From NCBI GenBank assembly GCA_964483475.1, contig CAZAAH010000003.1, positions 142 to 64,141 on the forward strand: 64,000 nt of DNA, read 5' to 3'. A model generated the notes under the pieces. It worked only from the letters and a program-made list of their open reading frames with translations. It did not search any database and was not told the origin of the DNA. Both the position numbers and the translations under genes were made by a program. Origin of the DNA: an uncultured Candidatus Saccharibacteria bacterium (GTDB taxonomy: Bacteria; Patescibacteriota; Minisyncoccia; Minisyncoccales; Staskawiczbacteraceae). How positions within the stretch are numbered: the stretch's first letter is position 1; the number at the start of each line of letters is the position of its first letter. This document shows, piece after piece, positions 17,231 to 27,131 of the stretch.

Positions 17231-17262
17231 CCACTGGACAATTCGGACGAATTGTCCAGTGG
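17231..17262. repeat. 32-bp palindrome, copy 1
   Basis: CCACTGGACAATTCG-GA-CGAATTGTCCAGTGG. Confidence 0.85.
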
Positions 17263-17276
17263 TTTCGCAAAAAAAT

Positions 17277-17543
17277 TTAGATGAAAATTTTTAGTACTTT
17301 TTTAAAATCTTCCGGAATATCTTTGCTCAAACTATAATGCACAAAACCGTCTTTCCCTTCAGATTCTAAAATATCCAAGTTTTGCATTATAATTAAATGT
17401 CTTGATGTGGCCTTCAAAGAAATCTTCAGTTCTTCTGAAATTTTAGTAACCGTCATACTTTTACCGTTAAATAATATTCTTATTATTTTAATCCGGTTAA
17501 TATTTCCTAAAGTTTTAAAAATAGTAATCCAACGTTTATCCAT
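17277..17543 (-). CDS. ArsR/SmtB-family winged HTH regulator
   Basis: FKTLGN.NRIKII...TSRHL..M....ILES. Confidence 0.88.
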   Translation of the reverse strand: MDKRWITIFKTLGNINRIKIIRILFNGKSMTVTKISEELKISLKATSRHLIIMQNLDILESEGKDGFVHYSLSKDIPEDFKKVLKIFI

Positions 17544-17597
17544 AATTTTATAAAATTTTTAAAAATAATTTACTAAACAATCCCCCCCCTCTCCCCA

Positions 17598-17630
17598 CCA
17601 CTGGACAATTCGCGCGAATTGTCCGGTAGG
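17598..17630. repeat. 32-bp palindrome, copy 2
   Basis: CCACTGGACAATTCGCGCGAATTGTCCGGTAGG. Confidence 0.8.
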
Positions 17631-17684
17631 TTAAAATGAAAACAAGTAAAATATTTTTGTTTTCTATTTTAACTTTTTACAATT

Positions 17685-18461
17685 TTAAATTAACTTTATT
17701 TCTTCGACTATCTTTATGAATTCGTCGGAGTCTAGAGAGGCTCCGCCCACGAGCAACCCATTGATGCTTTCCTCTCGCAAATACGAGCTGGCATTTTTTG
17801 AGTTAACGCTGCCCCCGTAAAGAATTTTTACCTTTTTGGCCGCGTCTTGGTTGTAGAGCTTGGACACTATGCTCCTAATGAGCACCACCGACCTCAAGGC
17901 CTCGTCTACTGAACAGTTTTTGCCATTTCCAATGGCCCAGACAGGCTCGTAAGCGATGATTAAATTTGAAATTTTTGAAACTCCCTTTAATCCTTCTTCA
18001 ATTTGCTTTGTTAAAATTAAATTTTTATCTTCTCCTTCCTTTTCACCAACACAAAAAATCGGCTTGAAGCCTGCATCCAAAGTAGCTTTGACTTTTTTGT
18101 TTATCATGTCATCGGTCTCGCCAAGCTCGCGCCGTTCAGAATGGCCAACTATTGCATATTTTACATTGAGGTCTTTTAGCATGAGCGGTGAAATTTCCCC
18201 GGTATAAGCTCCTTTCTCTTTATAAAAAACATTTTGTCCTCCTACGCCAAGGCTTCGGACGGACAGGCGCGCCAAGATTGGAATATATACGAATGGAGGG
18301 CAAATTATAACTTCTGCATTTTTTATTTTTGAAACCGATTTTTTAACAGATTCAAAAAGCCTCTTTGCCCCTTCTTGTGTATTTGGATTAAGTTTCCAAT
18401 TAGCTACTATTAATTTTTTCACCCCCACACCAAACGAGTTTATTATTTCAAGATTTTTCAA
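17685..18461 (-). CDS. tpiA: Triose-phosphate isomerase (start may be GTG at 18422)
   Basis: VANWK, GAYTGE, GHSERR, AYEPVWAIG, YGGSV, LVGGASL. Confidence 0.97.
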   Translation of the reverse strand: MKNLEIINSFGVGVKKLIVANWKLNPNTQEGAKRLFESVKKSVSKIKNAEVIICPPFVYIPILARLSVRSLGVGGQNVFYKEKGAYTGEISPLMLKDLNVKYAIVGHSERRELGETDDMINKKVKATLDAGFKPIFCVGEKEGEDKNLILTKQIEEGLKGVSKISNLIIAYEPVWAIGNGKNCSVDEALRSVVLIRSIVSKLYNQDAAKKVKILYGGSVNSKNASSYLREESINGLLVGGASLDSDEFIKIVEEIKLI

Positions 18462-18654
18462 TCTTGAATATATTTGGCTCGTTCGTGTTTATGTTATTAC
18501 ATTCTTTCATTACCCTCACACGCCCTATGGGAAAAATTCAAAACTCGTTATGGTGTGGGGGTTCATATTCAATCATTTTACCAAAAATTTGTACAAAAAA
18601 AAGTCCCGAAGCATCTAGTGCTTGGGAACCGAGTTTCGTGACCTATCGATTCTG

Positions 18655-19026
18655 TTAAGAACCGATTTTCCCGATTACGGGTTGTTGAATCTTCTGCTCG
18701 CCTTTTGACTTTAATATGTTGAAATAAACTCTCCATCTTTCTGCGCGGAAAACCATAAAAATATTCCCTGCTTGAATGTCGTGAGGCGAACACGCTGCGT
18801 AGCCCAATTGATTAGGAAGAAGTATTAATATCGGTCGTCCAAAGTGGTATGCCTGGACCATTGCATATCTTTGGTGACCCAAAGAAGTAACACTAAGAAC
18901 ATAATAATCTTCTTTTTTACGAAGTCTCTTCCAAGAAATTGGCCGGCCATTGTTGATCAGACGATCGGTAACTACAACGAGTACCATAAAGCAAAAGGCT
19001 ACTATCAACCAAATGTACCATTCCAT
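18655..19026 (-). CDS. Hypothetical membrane-anchored protein
   Basis: RBS AGGAAGGAG; N-terminal TM helix. Confidence 0.65.
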   Translation of the reverse strand: MEWYIWLIVAFCFMVLVVVTDRLINNGRPISWKRLRKKEDYYVLSVTSLGHQRYAMVQAYHFGRPILILLPNQLGYAACSPHDIQAGNIFMVFRAERWRVYFNILKSKGEQKIQQPVIGKIGS

Positions 19027-19110
19027 TGAAAACTCCTTCCTACACTGGGCAGTAGGCGCCATCTCGAGAGAACTGTTGTTAAAGGCCTGTAATGAAACTC
19101 TATACCAAGA

Positions 19111-19857
19111 CTAGGTACTTGTCAACACTTTTGCGCCGTCTTCGGTGATTGCAATTGTGTATTCAAAGTGAGCGGTAAGGCTGCCGTCCTTGGTGGCAAA
19201 GCCGTAACCATCGGCTGCCTTTTTCAAATGGTAGTCCCCCATCGTCACCATCGGCTCAATGCAAATGACCATCCCCTCTTTTAATTCAACCCCTTTGTGG
19301 CGCTGGCCGTAGTTTGGAATTTTGGGATCTTCATGGACTTCTTTGCCAATTCCATGGCCGCACAAATCCCTGACCACCTGGTAGCCCTGGCTTTCCACAT
19401 ATCGTTGGATGGTGTTGCCAATGTCGCCCGTCGTATTCCCCGGCCTGGCTTTTTTTATGCCGATTTTCAAAGATTTTTCGGTAACTTTCAGCAGCCTCTT
19501 TGCCTCAAAAGAAATGTTTCCAACCCCGACGGTCACGGCCATGTCAGTGTTGTAGCCCTGGTAAAAAACTCCCAAGTCCAAGCCCACCACATCCCCCTCT
19601 TTGAGCTTATAATCTGACGGGAAGCCATGGACGATCACCTCATTGACCGAAGCGCACAGGGAGTAAGGAAAATTTTCGTAGCCCTTGAAGGCCGGCTTTG
19701 CCCCATGTTTTAAAATAAGGGCCTCGGCGGCCCTGTCCAATTCCAAAGTGGTGATGCCGGGCTTTACCATTTTTTCTATCTGTCCCAAAACTTTTGCCAG
19801 GATTTTCCCGCCTTCAGCCATTATGCTTATTTCCTCCTTTGTTTTTATGCTTATCAT
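19111..19857 (-). CDS. map: Methionine aminopeptidase type I
   Basis: CASVN..VHG, GHGIG..HEDP, IEPM. Confidence 0.97.
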   Translation of the reverse strand: MISIKTKEEISIMAEGGKILAKVLGQIEKMVKPGITTLELDRAAEALILKHGAKPAFKGYENFPYSLCASVNEVIVHGFPSDYKLKEGDVVGLDLGVFYQGYNTDMAVTVGVGNISFEAKRLLKVTEKSLKIGIKKARPGNTTGDIGNTIQRYVESQGYQVVRDLCGHGIGKEVHEDPKIPNYGQRHKGVELKEGMVICIEPMVTMGDYHLKKAADGYGFATKDGSLTAHFEYTIAITEDGAKVLTST

Positions 19858-20546
19858 TAAAGCGAATTCAAAATTTCTTCGTGAACCTCGGCTACCGATT
19901 TTTCCCCATTTATTTTTTTGATATGGAATCCATTGTTTGAAAAATACTCAAAGAGAGGTTGTGTCCTATTTTTATACTCATCAAGCCTAACTTTTATTGT
20001 TTCTGGGTCGTCTAAATTTTTTCTCTTAACCAGTTTTGATCCGTCCAGCGGGCAGAGTTTTAACTTCTCGGTTTCTTTATTAAATAAAATTGAGTGGCGC
20101 ATCAGTTCGCAAATTTTCCGGTGGGTGTTCCTGAAAACGGTAATCTCAGCCGAAATTTCAATCATCCCTATTTTTATATTCTCCTTTCCATAAAGCTTAG
20201 CTAAAACGGGCATTTCTTTTTGTGCTTCGTAAATGGTTCGAGGAGAACCAGATAAAATAAAGCTTTCGCCATCGCTTGATAGAGTTTCAAATTCTTTCAT
20301 CATGAGATGGGTAATAAATGGCGGACTCGTTAATATGCCCGTTTTCCAATGTTCTATTTCTTCTCCCACCCTATACTCTTTCCCCTCAATCGTAAAAATT
20401 TTATTTGGGTCTTCATTTTTAAAGCAACGCTCAAGCACCTTGCTTGACTCAAGGTGATAGTAACCCAATTTTTCAGAAAGAAGTTCTGACTGGGTTCCCT
20501 TGCCGGCCCCCGGCGGTCCAAATAAAATAATGACTTGTTTGTTCAT
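19857..20546 (-). CDS. adk: Adenylate kinase
   Basis: GPPGAGKGTQ P-loop; secY-adk-map synteny. Confidence 0.88.
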   Translation of the reverse strand: MNKQVIILFGPPGAGKGTQSELLSEKLGYYHLESSKVLERCFKNEDPNKIFTIEGKEYRVGEEIEHWKTGILTSPPFITHLMMKEFETLSSDGESFILSGSPRTIYEAQKEMPVLAKLYGKENIKIGMIEISAEITVFRNTHRKICELMRHSILFNKETEKLKLCPLDGSKLVKRKNLDDPETIKVRLDEYKNRTQPLFEYFSNNGFHIKKINGEKSVAEVHEEILNSL

Positions 20547-20643
20547 AATAATTATATGATTGTATCAGACTTGACGATTACTTTCAAATAAAAATGTGAT
20601 ATTATCAAGAAGGGTTGTTCATTTTTCAACGGAGATACGGGCT

Positions 20644-20910
20644 ATGGGAAAAGAACCGAGCTACCAAGAGTTGTATGGTTTGTACCTTGCCTGGCGGGAA
20701 GATTTTTTAAAGGCAGACCCAACCATTCCAAGATATTTTCCTCCTTTATTGGAAGGTTTTGAGTTGATCATGAAGCACATGAAGCAATTGGATGAAAATC
20801 CAGAGGAAACGAGAAGGCCGATGGGTCACTTTAAATCGGATTATCCAGCATTGGAAATGATGATGATAGGATTGTTTAGAATTCACCTCCAGGCCCCTAC
20901 TCCACGGTAA
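20644..20910 (+). CDS. Hypothetical protein on the opposite strand
   Basis: GGAG RBS, upstream TTGACG, downstream hairpin plus T-run. Confidence 0.65.
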   Translation: MGKEPSYQELYGLYLAWREDFLKADPTIPRYFPPLLEGFELIMKHMKQLDENPEETRRPMGHFKSDYPALEMMMIGLFRIHLQAPTPR

Positions 20911-21018
20911 AAGCTGCAAGATGGTTTCAGTCGAGCGGCTTTTTTTTACCCAAAAAAAACACTTTAACATTTAGCTAAATGTTAAAGTGTTTTTGGATGC
21001 GGGTTTCAAGTTTTAAAA

Positions 21019-22296
21019 TTAAAATGTATCGTACTCCCTCATTTCAAGCTGTGAGTTGACTTGGCGCATGGTTTCCAAAACCACGCTGACAATAATCAAA
21101 AGAGAAGTGCCTCCGATTAAAAAGGTAAATCCAGTAACCCCCGTCAGCCCCCCGACAACCGAAGGTAAAACGGCAATCAGTCCCAAAAATATGGCACCCG
21201 TAAACAAGACTCTGTTTAAAATGTGTTTTAAAAATTCGGCGGTTGAGTTTCCGGGCCTGACTCCTGGGATAAATCCCCCCATTTTCTGCAAATTTTCGGC
21301 GATGGTTTTTGGGTCAAAGGTGACCGCGGTATAAAAATAAGTAAAAAGAATTACTAAAATAAAATATAATGCTCCATTAACCCAAACATCGCTAAAAAAA
21401 CCGTTAACATTATTTGCTATGTTTCCAACGATTCCTGCGAATCCCGTAAAAAATCTGGCCACCATGCCCGGCAGTAAAAGTATTGAAAGGGCAAAAATGA
21501 TTGGAATAACTCCGGCTGGATTGATATTGAGCGGCAGGTAGGTTGAAACTCCCCCGTACATTTTGTTCCCCCTGACTCTCTTTGAATAGGAAACCGGAAT
21601 ATTTCTGCGGGCCTCGGTTATTAAAACAACAGCTCCAATGATTGCCACTGAAAGGACGAAGAACACTAGGTATGATGGGATTTTTGAAGGGTCCCAGCTC
21701 ACAAAGGTTTGAAAAATATTGACGGGCAAGCGGGCAACAATTCCGGCAAAAATCAAAAGGGAAATGCCGTTGCCCATCCCCTGCTCGGTAATAATTTCGC
21801 CCAGCCACATCAAAAACATTGCTCCCGTCACGATGGTCACAATGGAGGCCAACATGGTCGTCCACGACAAAGGGCCAATCACTCCCTGCCGCTGAAAGAG
21901 GGTCAGCATCCCATAGCCCTCAAAGGCTGCCAGGGGGATGGTCAAAAGCCGGCCGTACTGGTTGAACTTTTGCCTACCCGCTTCTCCTTCCTCTTTGTAC
22001 ATTTTTTCCAACTGGGGGAAAATCATGGTCAGCAGCTGCAGGATAATGGTGGCGGTAATATAAGGGCCGAGGCCGAGCAAAACAATGGAAAAATTGCTCA
22101 GGGCTCCGCCAGAAAATATGTTTAAAAATCCAAAAACCTGGTTTTGGGCAAAGAATTTCCTTAAATTTTCAGAGCCGATGCCAGGAATAGGAATGTTAGC
22201 GGCCAACCTAAAAACCACAAACAAAATGATAACAAAAATAATTTTGTTTCTTAACTCTTTGTCTTTAAATAAAAATATAATTCTGTCGTACCACAC
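21019..22296 (-). CDS. secY: Preprotein translocase SecY
   Basis: LGLGPYITA, GNGISLLIF, FIPGVRPG, GGTSLLI. Confidence 0.98.
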   Translation of the reverse strand: MWYDRIIFLFKDKELRNKIIFVIILFVVFRLAANIPIPGIGSENLRKFFAQNQVFGFLNIFSGGALSNFSIVLLGLGPYITATIILQLLTMIFPQLEKMYKEEGEAGRQKFNQYGRLLTIPLAAFEGYGMLTLFQRQGVIGPLSWTTMLASIVTIVTGAMFLMWLGEIITEQGMGNGISLLIFAGIVARLPVNIFQTFVSWDPSKIPSYLVFFVLSVAIIGAVVLITEARRNIPVSYSKRVRGNKMYGGVSTYLPLNINPAGVIPIIFALSILLLPGMVARFFTGFAGIVGNIANNVNGFFSDVWVNGALYFILVILFTYFYTAVTFDPKTIAENLQKMGGFIPGVRPGNSTAEFLKHILNRVLFTGAIFLGLIAVLPSVVGGLTGVTGFTFLIGGTSLLIIVSVVLETMRQVNSQLEMREYDTF

Positions 22297-22363
22297 GTTG
22301 GTTTTGGGTGTTGGGTTTTAGACATTAGCCACTTTGCGACTAGCACCTATTATCTAACACCTA

Positions 22364-22795
22364 TTATTTAACTTCGCCGCCGGCTTTTTCAATTGCTTCT
22401 TTAGCCGTTTTTGAAACTTTGCAATTTTCAACAGTTATTTTTTTGCCAATGGTGCCAGTCCCCAGGATTTTAATTTCAGGAATCTTGCCATTGATCATCC
22501 TCACCACTCCCTTTTTAAGCAGTATTTCTGGATTAACAACCTCGCCGTCTCCCATAACCTTATCTAACCTGTCTATATTAACGACGCTTACCATATCTTG
22601 CAAAACAAAACTCCTGTACCCTTTTAATTTGGGATATCTTTTTATTAACTCCCTGATAATCGGCACCATTTTTCTGCCTGCCCTTGCTGTTTGTCCCTTG
22701 CCACCCTTTCCAGAATAAGTTCCCTTTTTTCCTCCTCTTCCAACCCTTTTTCTATTTTTCGATTTGTGAATTGGTTGTAATTGATGAATTTGCAT
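22364..22795 (-). CDS. rplO: 50S ribosomal protein L15
   Basis: RVGRG, KGQTARAG, AIEKAGG. Confidence 0.97.
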   Translation of the reverse strand: MQIHQLQPIHKSKNRKRVGRGGKKGTYSGKGGKGQTARAGRKMVPIIRELIKRYPKLKGYRSFVLQDMVSVVNIDRLDKVMGDGEVVNPEILLKKGVVRMINGKIPEIKILGTGTIGKKITVENCKVSKTAKEAIEKAGGEVK

Positions 22796-22823
22796 AAATA
22801 TTTATCATAAAAGAAATTAAAAA

Positions 22824-23342
22824 TTAGCGAATTTTTAATTTCTTTAGAGCCTCCATAGTTGCCCTTGCGTTATTTAATTTATTTTTGGATCCTGAAAGAA
22901 TTTTTGAAGAAACGTTTTTAATTCCAGCTAAATCACAAATGGTCCTAACAACTCCACCCGCCACCAAACCCCTGCCTCTTTTTTGAGGCTTCAATAAAAT
23001 CACCGACGGTCCAACCTTTGCTTGGACCTGGTGAGGAATGGTTCCCTCCAAAACCACAACGTTAATCATATTTTTCTTAGCCTTGTTGGTAGCTTTTTCT
23101 ATAGCTTGGGAAACGTCCTTGCCCTTATCAACCCCAATTCCAATTTTAGATTTTTTATCACCGGTGATAACAACGGCCCTAAACCGAAGTCTCTTGCCTC
23201 CGCCGGTTACCCTAGTCACTCTGGCCAAATCCAAAAGCTTTGTTTCGTATTCGTCTTTTGGAGGCCTTGAATCAGAAAACCTCCTAACAGGTCTAAAACC
23301 ATCGTCAGTCTTTGCATTTTGTGTTTTTTTAATTTCTTCCAT
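22824..23342 (-). CDS. rpsE: 30S ribosomal protein S5
   Basis: RVTRVTGGGKR, GLVAGG. Confidence 0.97.
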   Translation of the reverse strand: MEEIKKTQNAKTDDGFRPVRRFSDSRPPKDEYETKLLDLARVTRVTGGGKRLRFRAVVITGDKKSKIGIGVDKGKDVSQAIEKATNKAKKNMINVVVLEGTIPHQVQAKVGPSVILLKPQKRGRGLVAGGVVRTICDLAGIKNVSSKILSGSKNKLNNARATMEALKKLKIR

Positions 23343-23366
23343 AATTCATAATTCTTAATTCTTAAT

Positions 23367-23720
23367 TCAAAATTTTAAACCGCCTTCCCTTGCTCCGTCG
23401 GCCACCGATTTTACTCTGCCGTGAAAAACAAACCCAGCTCTGTCAAAAATAACTTTTTCAATCTTTTGTTTTTGGGCTTCTTTGGCAATTATTTTTCCTA
23501 CTTCAACAGCCTTATTTACTTTGCCTTTTGCCGACTTTATTTTCATATCTGAAACAGAAACCAAAACCTTTCCCTTGCTATCATCAACTAATTGGGCATA
23601 AACATGCTTAGACGATCTAAAAACGCAAAGCCTTGGGCGATCTTTTGTCCCAAAAATTTTCATCCTTATTTTCCTGTGGGATTGCTGCCTTTTGGCTTTT
23701 TTACTCAATATATGTTTCAT
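23367..23720 (-). CDS. rplR: 50S ribosomal protein L18
   Basis: RPRLCVFRS, FDRAG..HGRV, AREGGLKF. Confidence 0.97.
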   Translation of the reverse strand: MKHILSKKAKRQQSHRKIRMKIFGTKDRPRLCVFRSSKHVYAQLVDDSKGKVLVSVSDMKIKSAKGKVNKAVEVGKIIAKEAQKQKIEKVIFDRAGFVFHGRVKSVADGAREGGLKF

Positions 23721-23730
23721 ATTTCAAATT

Positions 23731-24276
23731 TTATTTGGCTGACACCACTTTCTTTCCCTCTTTTCTCCTTATTCTTTCCCCCTGATATTTAATTCCTTTC
23801 CCTTTATATGGCTCGGCTTTTTTAACTTTTCTTATAATAGCAGATATTTGGCCGACTTTTTCCTTATCAATTCCAGAAACAAGAATGACATTTTTTTCAA
23901 CAGCAAAATTAATTCCCTCTGGCTTTTTTATTTTTACAGGATGGACAAACCCGACGTTCAAAACCAATTCATCGCCTTGCACGACCGCCTTGTATCCAAT
24001 TCCCTCAATTTCCAGTTTTTTTTCAAAACCTTTTTCAACCCCATGAACCATATTAAAAATCAATGCCCGATACAATCCCCAAAGCCCTCTTTCTCTTTTT
24101 GACAAGTCTTTTTTAGGAGCAACCAAAACTTTTCCGTCCTTAAATTCGGCTTTAATATCCCCGTGAATGTCCATTTTCAATTCCCCCTTTGGACCGGAAA
24201 CCTTAATGTTTTGACCATCAAATTCAACTTTAACCGTTGAGGGAACTTCAATTGATTTTTTACCAATTCTCGACAT
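23731..24276 (-). CDS. rplF: 50S ribosomal protein L6
   Basis: MSRIGK, EPYKGKGIKY. Confidence 0.98.
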   Translation of the reverse strand: MSRIGKKSIEVPSTVKVEFDGQNIKVSGPKGELKMDIHGDIKAEFKDGKVLVAPKKDLSKRERGLWGLYRALIFNMVHGVEKGFEKKLEIEGIGYKAVVQGDELVLNVGFVHPVKIKKPEGINFAVEKNVILVSGIDKEKVGQISAIIRKVKKAEPYKGKGIKYQGERIRRKEGKKVVSAK

Positions 24277-24388
24277 GAATTATAATGATGAATTACGAAT
24301 TATGATTTATGGCTTGACTTTTTTAACTTTTTAAATATACTATATTTACTGCTCTTAGTCAATTCACTTCCCCAAGGAAGAGATTACC

Positions 24389-24571
24389 ATGAAAGATGCA
24401 ATCGGTATTTTTTTGGCTTTGACTGGATTACTTTTAGAATTTTGTTTGGTTTTAATTATTGTGTCTTTACCAATAGTTAAAAGAAAATTTTATTTAAGCA
24501 ATTGGCCATTCTGGGCATTATTTTTTATATCTCTTGCTCTTGTATTTACCGGAGCAAAAATTTTATGGTAG
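24389..24571 (+). CDS. 60-aa two-TM orphan protein inside the spc operon
   Basis: TTGACT-16-TATACT at 24314-24341, RBS AAGGAAG, terminator at ~24588-24630. Confidence 0.7.
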   Translation: MKDAIGIFLALTGLLLEFCLVLIIVSLPIVKRKFYLSNWPFWALFFISLALVFTGAKILW

Positions 24572-24682
24572 ATCCTCCAAGATTATGGTGCCGAAAATTG
24601 ATTTATCAGTTCAGGCGCTTTTTTTTATTTGAAATTTTTTGAATTGTTTAGAAATTAAAAATTAGAAATTCTGGAAATTTGG

Positions 24683-25072
24683 TTACCAAATTTCCAATAA
24701 AACCTCTCCTCCCAACTTTGCTTTCCTCGCCTCTTTATTCGTCATCAATCCTTTTGGCGTTGAAATTATTGAAATACCAAAACCTCCCTGTACTTTTTTT
24801 ATCTCGTGCACACCCGCGTAAATCCTTTGTCCGGGCTTTGAAACTCTTTTTAATCCCTCAACTGCCGGAACCTGGTTATCGTATTTCAAATTAATCTTAA
24901 GTATTTTGTTCTTTCCTTTTACAACTTTTTTTATTTCTCCTAAAAATCCTTCTCTCGCCAAAATCAGGGCAATTTCATTTTTCAATTTTGAAAAAGGCAA
25001 CAAAACCTCTGTTTTTCCAACAGCTTTTGCGTTTCGTATTTGATTTAACATATCGGTGATTGGATCAGTCAT
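24683..25072 (-). CDS. rpsH: 30S ribosomal protein S8
   Basis: DPITDML..IRNA, RVSKPG, LGGE. Confidence 0.98.
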   Translation of the reverse strand: MTDPITDMLNQIRNAKAVGKTEVLLPFSKLKNEIALILAREGFLGEIKKVVKGKNKILKINLKYDNQVPAVEGLKRVSKPGQRIYAGVHEIKKVQGGFGISIISTPKGLMTNKEARKAKLGGEVLLEIW

Positions 25073-25161
25073 TGATTTAGAATCTAGAATTTAGAAAATA
25101 GAAAGTAGAATTTTTACGTTTCGTATTCTAGATTCTATTTACTATTTTCTATTTTCTCGCT

Positions 25162-25347
25162 TTACCAACTCGACTTTTTAATTCCTGGTATCTCTCCTTT
25201 GTTTGCCAACTCTCTAAAGCAAATCCTACACAATCCAAAATCTCTCATATACCCCCTTCTTCTGCCGCACTTAAAACACCTTCTCACCGTTCTCGTGGAG
25301 AATTTTGGTTTTCTTTTTGCTTTTGCTATCTGTGATGTCTTAGCCAT
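25162..25347 (-). CDS. rpsZ: 30S ribosomal protein S14 (zinc type Z)
   Basis: RCFKCGR...LCRICFRE. Confidence 0.97.
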   Translation of the reverse strand: MAKTSQIAKAKRKPKFSTRTVRRCFKCGRRRGYMRDFGLCRICFRELANKGEIPGIKKSSW

Positions 25348-25348
25348 G

Positions 25349-25912
25349 TTATTTATTTTCCTTTATTGGGAATCCCATTAATTTAAATAATTCTAATCCT
25401 CTTTCTTGATTTTTAGCATTGGTTGAAACAGTCACTTGTAGTCCAAAGATTGTTTTTTCCTTTTCAGAAAAAATTTCTGGGAAGTTAATGTGTTCTTTAA
25501 AGCCAATATTAAGGTTGCCTCCCTTGTCCACTGATTTTGGTTCCAGACCCTTAAAGTCTCTCGACCTTGGCAATGACAAATAAATTAATCTCTCCAAAAA
25601 ATCCCACATCCTATCTCTCCTCAAAGTTGACATTGCAGCTATCTCAATTCCCTCTCTTAATTTAAAACCGGCAATGGATTTTTTTGATTTTACTAATGTT
25701 GGTTTTTGACCGGCAATCAAAGCCAAATCCTCCACAATGACTTTTTGGATTTTTTCCCTTTCTCCGCCGGTTTTGCTTGCAGCTTCCTTGCCAAAAGAAG
25801 AGTTGACGGTAACCTTGGTAATTTTGGGAACAGCCATTGGATTTTTATAACCAAATTTTCCCATCATTTGAGGCACTACTATTTTATTGTATTTATCTTT
25901 TAACTTTTCCAT
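25349..25912 (-). CDS. rplE: 50S ribosomal protein L5
   Basis: [23 protein letters not shown]; true start at ATG 25912. Confidence 0.97.
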   Translation of the reverse strand: MEKLKDKYNKIVVPQMMGKFGYKNPMAVPKITKVTVNSSFGKEAASKTGGEREKIQKVIVEDLALIAGQKPTLVKSKKSIAGFKLREGIEIAAMSTLRRDRMWDFLERLIYLSLPRSRDFKGLEPKSVDKGGNLNIGFKEHINFPEIFSEKEKTIFGLQVTVSTNAKNQERGLELFKLMGFPIKENK

Positions 25913-25913
25913 A

Positions 25914-26219
25914 TTAAATCTCTGATTTACATTTTTTGCAAACCCTGAATTTTTTATCGTTACGTATGATATAACCAAACCTTGCAGCTTTTCCGCACTT
26001 TGGACAAATAATTTTTGCATTAGAGACTTCCAGTGGAGCCAAAACTTTAACAACTTGCCCCTGCTCGCCCTCTCTTTTAGGCTTCATGCTTTTCTTTTTA
26101 AAATTAACTCCTTCAACTAAAATACTATTGTCTTTTGGAAAAGATTTTAATACCTTGCCTGTCTTGCCCTTGTCCTTTCCCGCAATCACCAATACATTGT
26201 CGCCTTTTTTGATTTTCAT
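25914..26219 (-). CDS. rplX: 50S ribosomal protein L24
   Basis: KIKKGDNVLVIAGKDKGK. Confidence 0.97.
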   Translation of the reverse strand: MKIKKGDNVLVIAGKDKGKTGKVLKSFPKDNSILVEGVNFKKKSMKPKREGEQGQVVKVLAPLEVSNAKIICPKCGKAARFGYIIRNDKKFRVCKKCKSEI

Positions 26220-26256
26220 TTTATTCTCTATTTCTATATTTCTATTTTCTATTTTT

Positions 26257-26625
26257 CTAAAGAAGTTCGCTTGCCATTTGGGCAATACTGTCAAATCCTT
26301 TATCTTTTATTTCTTTTGCCACTGGACCAAACACCCTTCCTCCCTTCGGTAGTTTTCCTTCACCCAAAATAACTACTGCATTATCATCAAATCGTATATA
26401 AGAACCGTCAGACCTTTTGAATTCCTTTCTTTGCCTTACAATAACGGCTTTGACAACCTCATGCTTTTTAACCAGCTTTCTTGGTTCGGCTTTCTTTACG
26501 GCGCCAACAATAATATCGCCCAGCTGAGCATAACGCTTTCTAGTTCCTCCTGGAACATTAACACACTGGACTATTTTTGCGCCACTATTGTCAGCAACTT
26601 TTAACATTGACCTTGGTTGAATCAT
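26257..26625 (-). CDS. rplN: 50S ribosomal protein L14
   Basis: VADNSGAK, RFDDNAVV. Confidence 0.98.
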   Translation of the reverse strand: MIQPRSMLKVADNSGAKIVQCVNVPGGTRKRYAQLGDIIVGAVKKAEPRKLVKKHEVVKAVIVRQRKEFKRSDGSYIRFDDNAVVILGEGKLPKGGRVFGPVAKEIKDKGFDSIAQMASELL

Positions 26626-26629
26626 ATTT

Positions 26630-26863
26630 TTAAATTTTTTCAATTACTTTAAAATACTTGTCCTTACTCATCGGGCTTGTTTCTTCAATCACAACTTTAT
26701 CACCCACATGAAACTCTTTATTTTCGTCGTGAGCCTTGTACTTTTTGTAGACCTTGTATCTCTTTTTATATTTTGGATGGGATTTTATCCTTTCAACCTC
26801 AACCACAACTGTTTTTTGCATTTTGTCAGATACCACAATCCCCGTTAATTTCTTTTTACTCAT
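26630..26863 (-). CDS. rpsQ: 30S ribosomal protein S17
   Basis: [17 protein letters not shown]. Confidence 0.97.
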   Translation of the reverse strand: MSKKKLTGIVVSDKMQKTVVVEVERIKSHPKYKKRYKVYKKYKAHDENKEFHVGDKVVIEETSPMSKDKYFKVIEKI

Positions 26864-26933
26864 AATTTTAGAATCTAGAATTTTAAAATATAGAAAATAG
26901 AATTTGGTGTTTTATATTCTATATTTCTATTTT

Positions 26934-27122
26934 CTACTTTCTATTTTCTTGTAGAATCGTTAATATTCTGGCAATTTCTTTTTTAGTATTGCTCACCTCT
27001 TTAACATTCTTCAATCTATTTGAGGCAAACCTAAACCTAAAATCACTCAGTTTTTTCTTTAAATCCTTCACTAAATTTTCCAATTCCTTTTTATCTTTTT
27101 TACGCAATTCTGTTGTTTTCAT
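26934..27122 (-). CDS. rpmC: 50S ribosomal protein L29
   Basis: ELRK...KKEIARILT; position in S10 operon. Confidence 0.95.
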   Translation of the reverse strand: MKTTELRKKDKKELENLVKDLKKKLSDFRFRFASNRLKNVKEVSNTKKEIARILTILQENRK

Positions 27123-27131
27123 ATTTTTAAA

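Noticed and set aside
22796-22823. Missing rpmD (L30), and missing rimM near trmD
   Set aside because: Loss of L30 is an established CPR trait, and rimM may simply lie elsewhere; useful for taxonomy but not novel.
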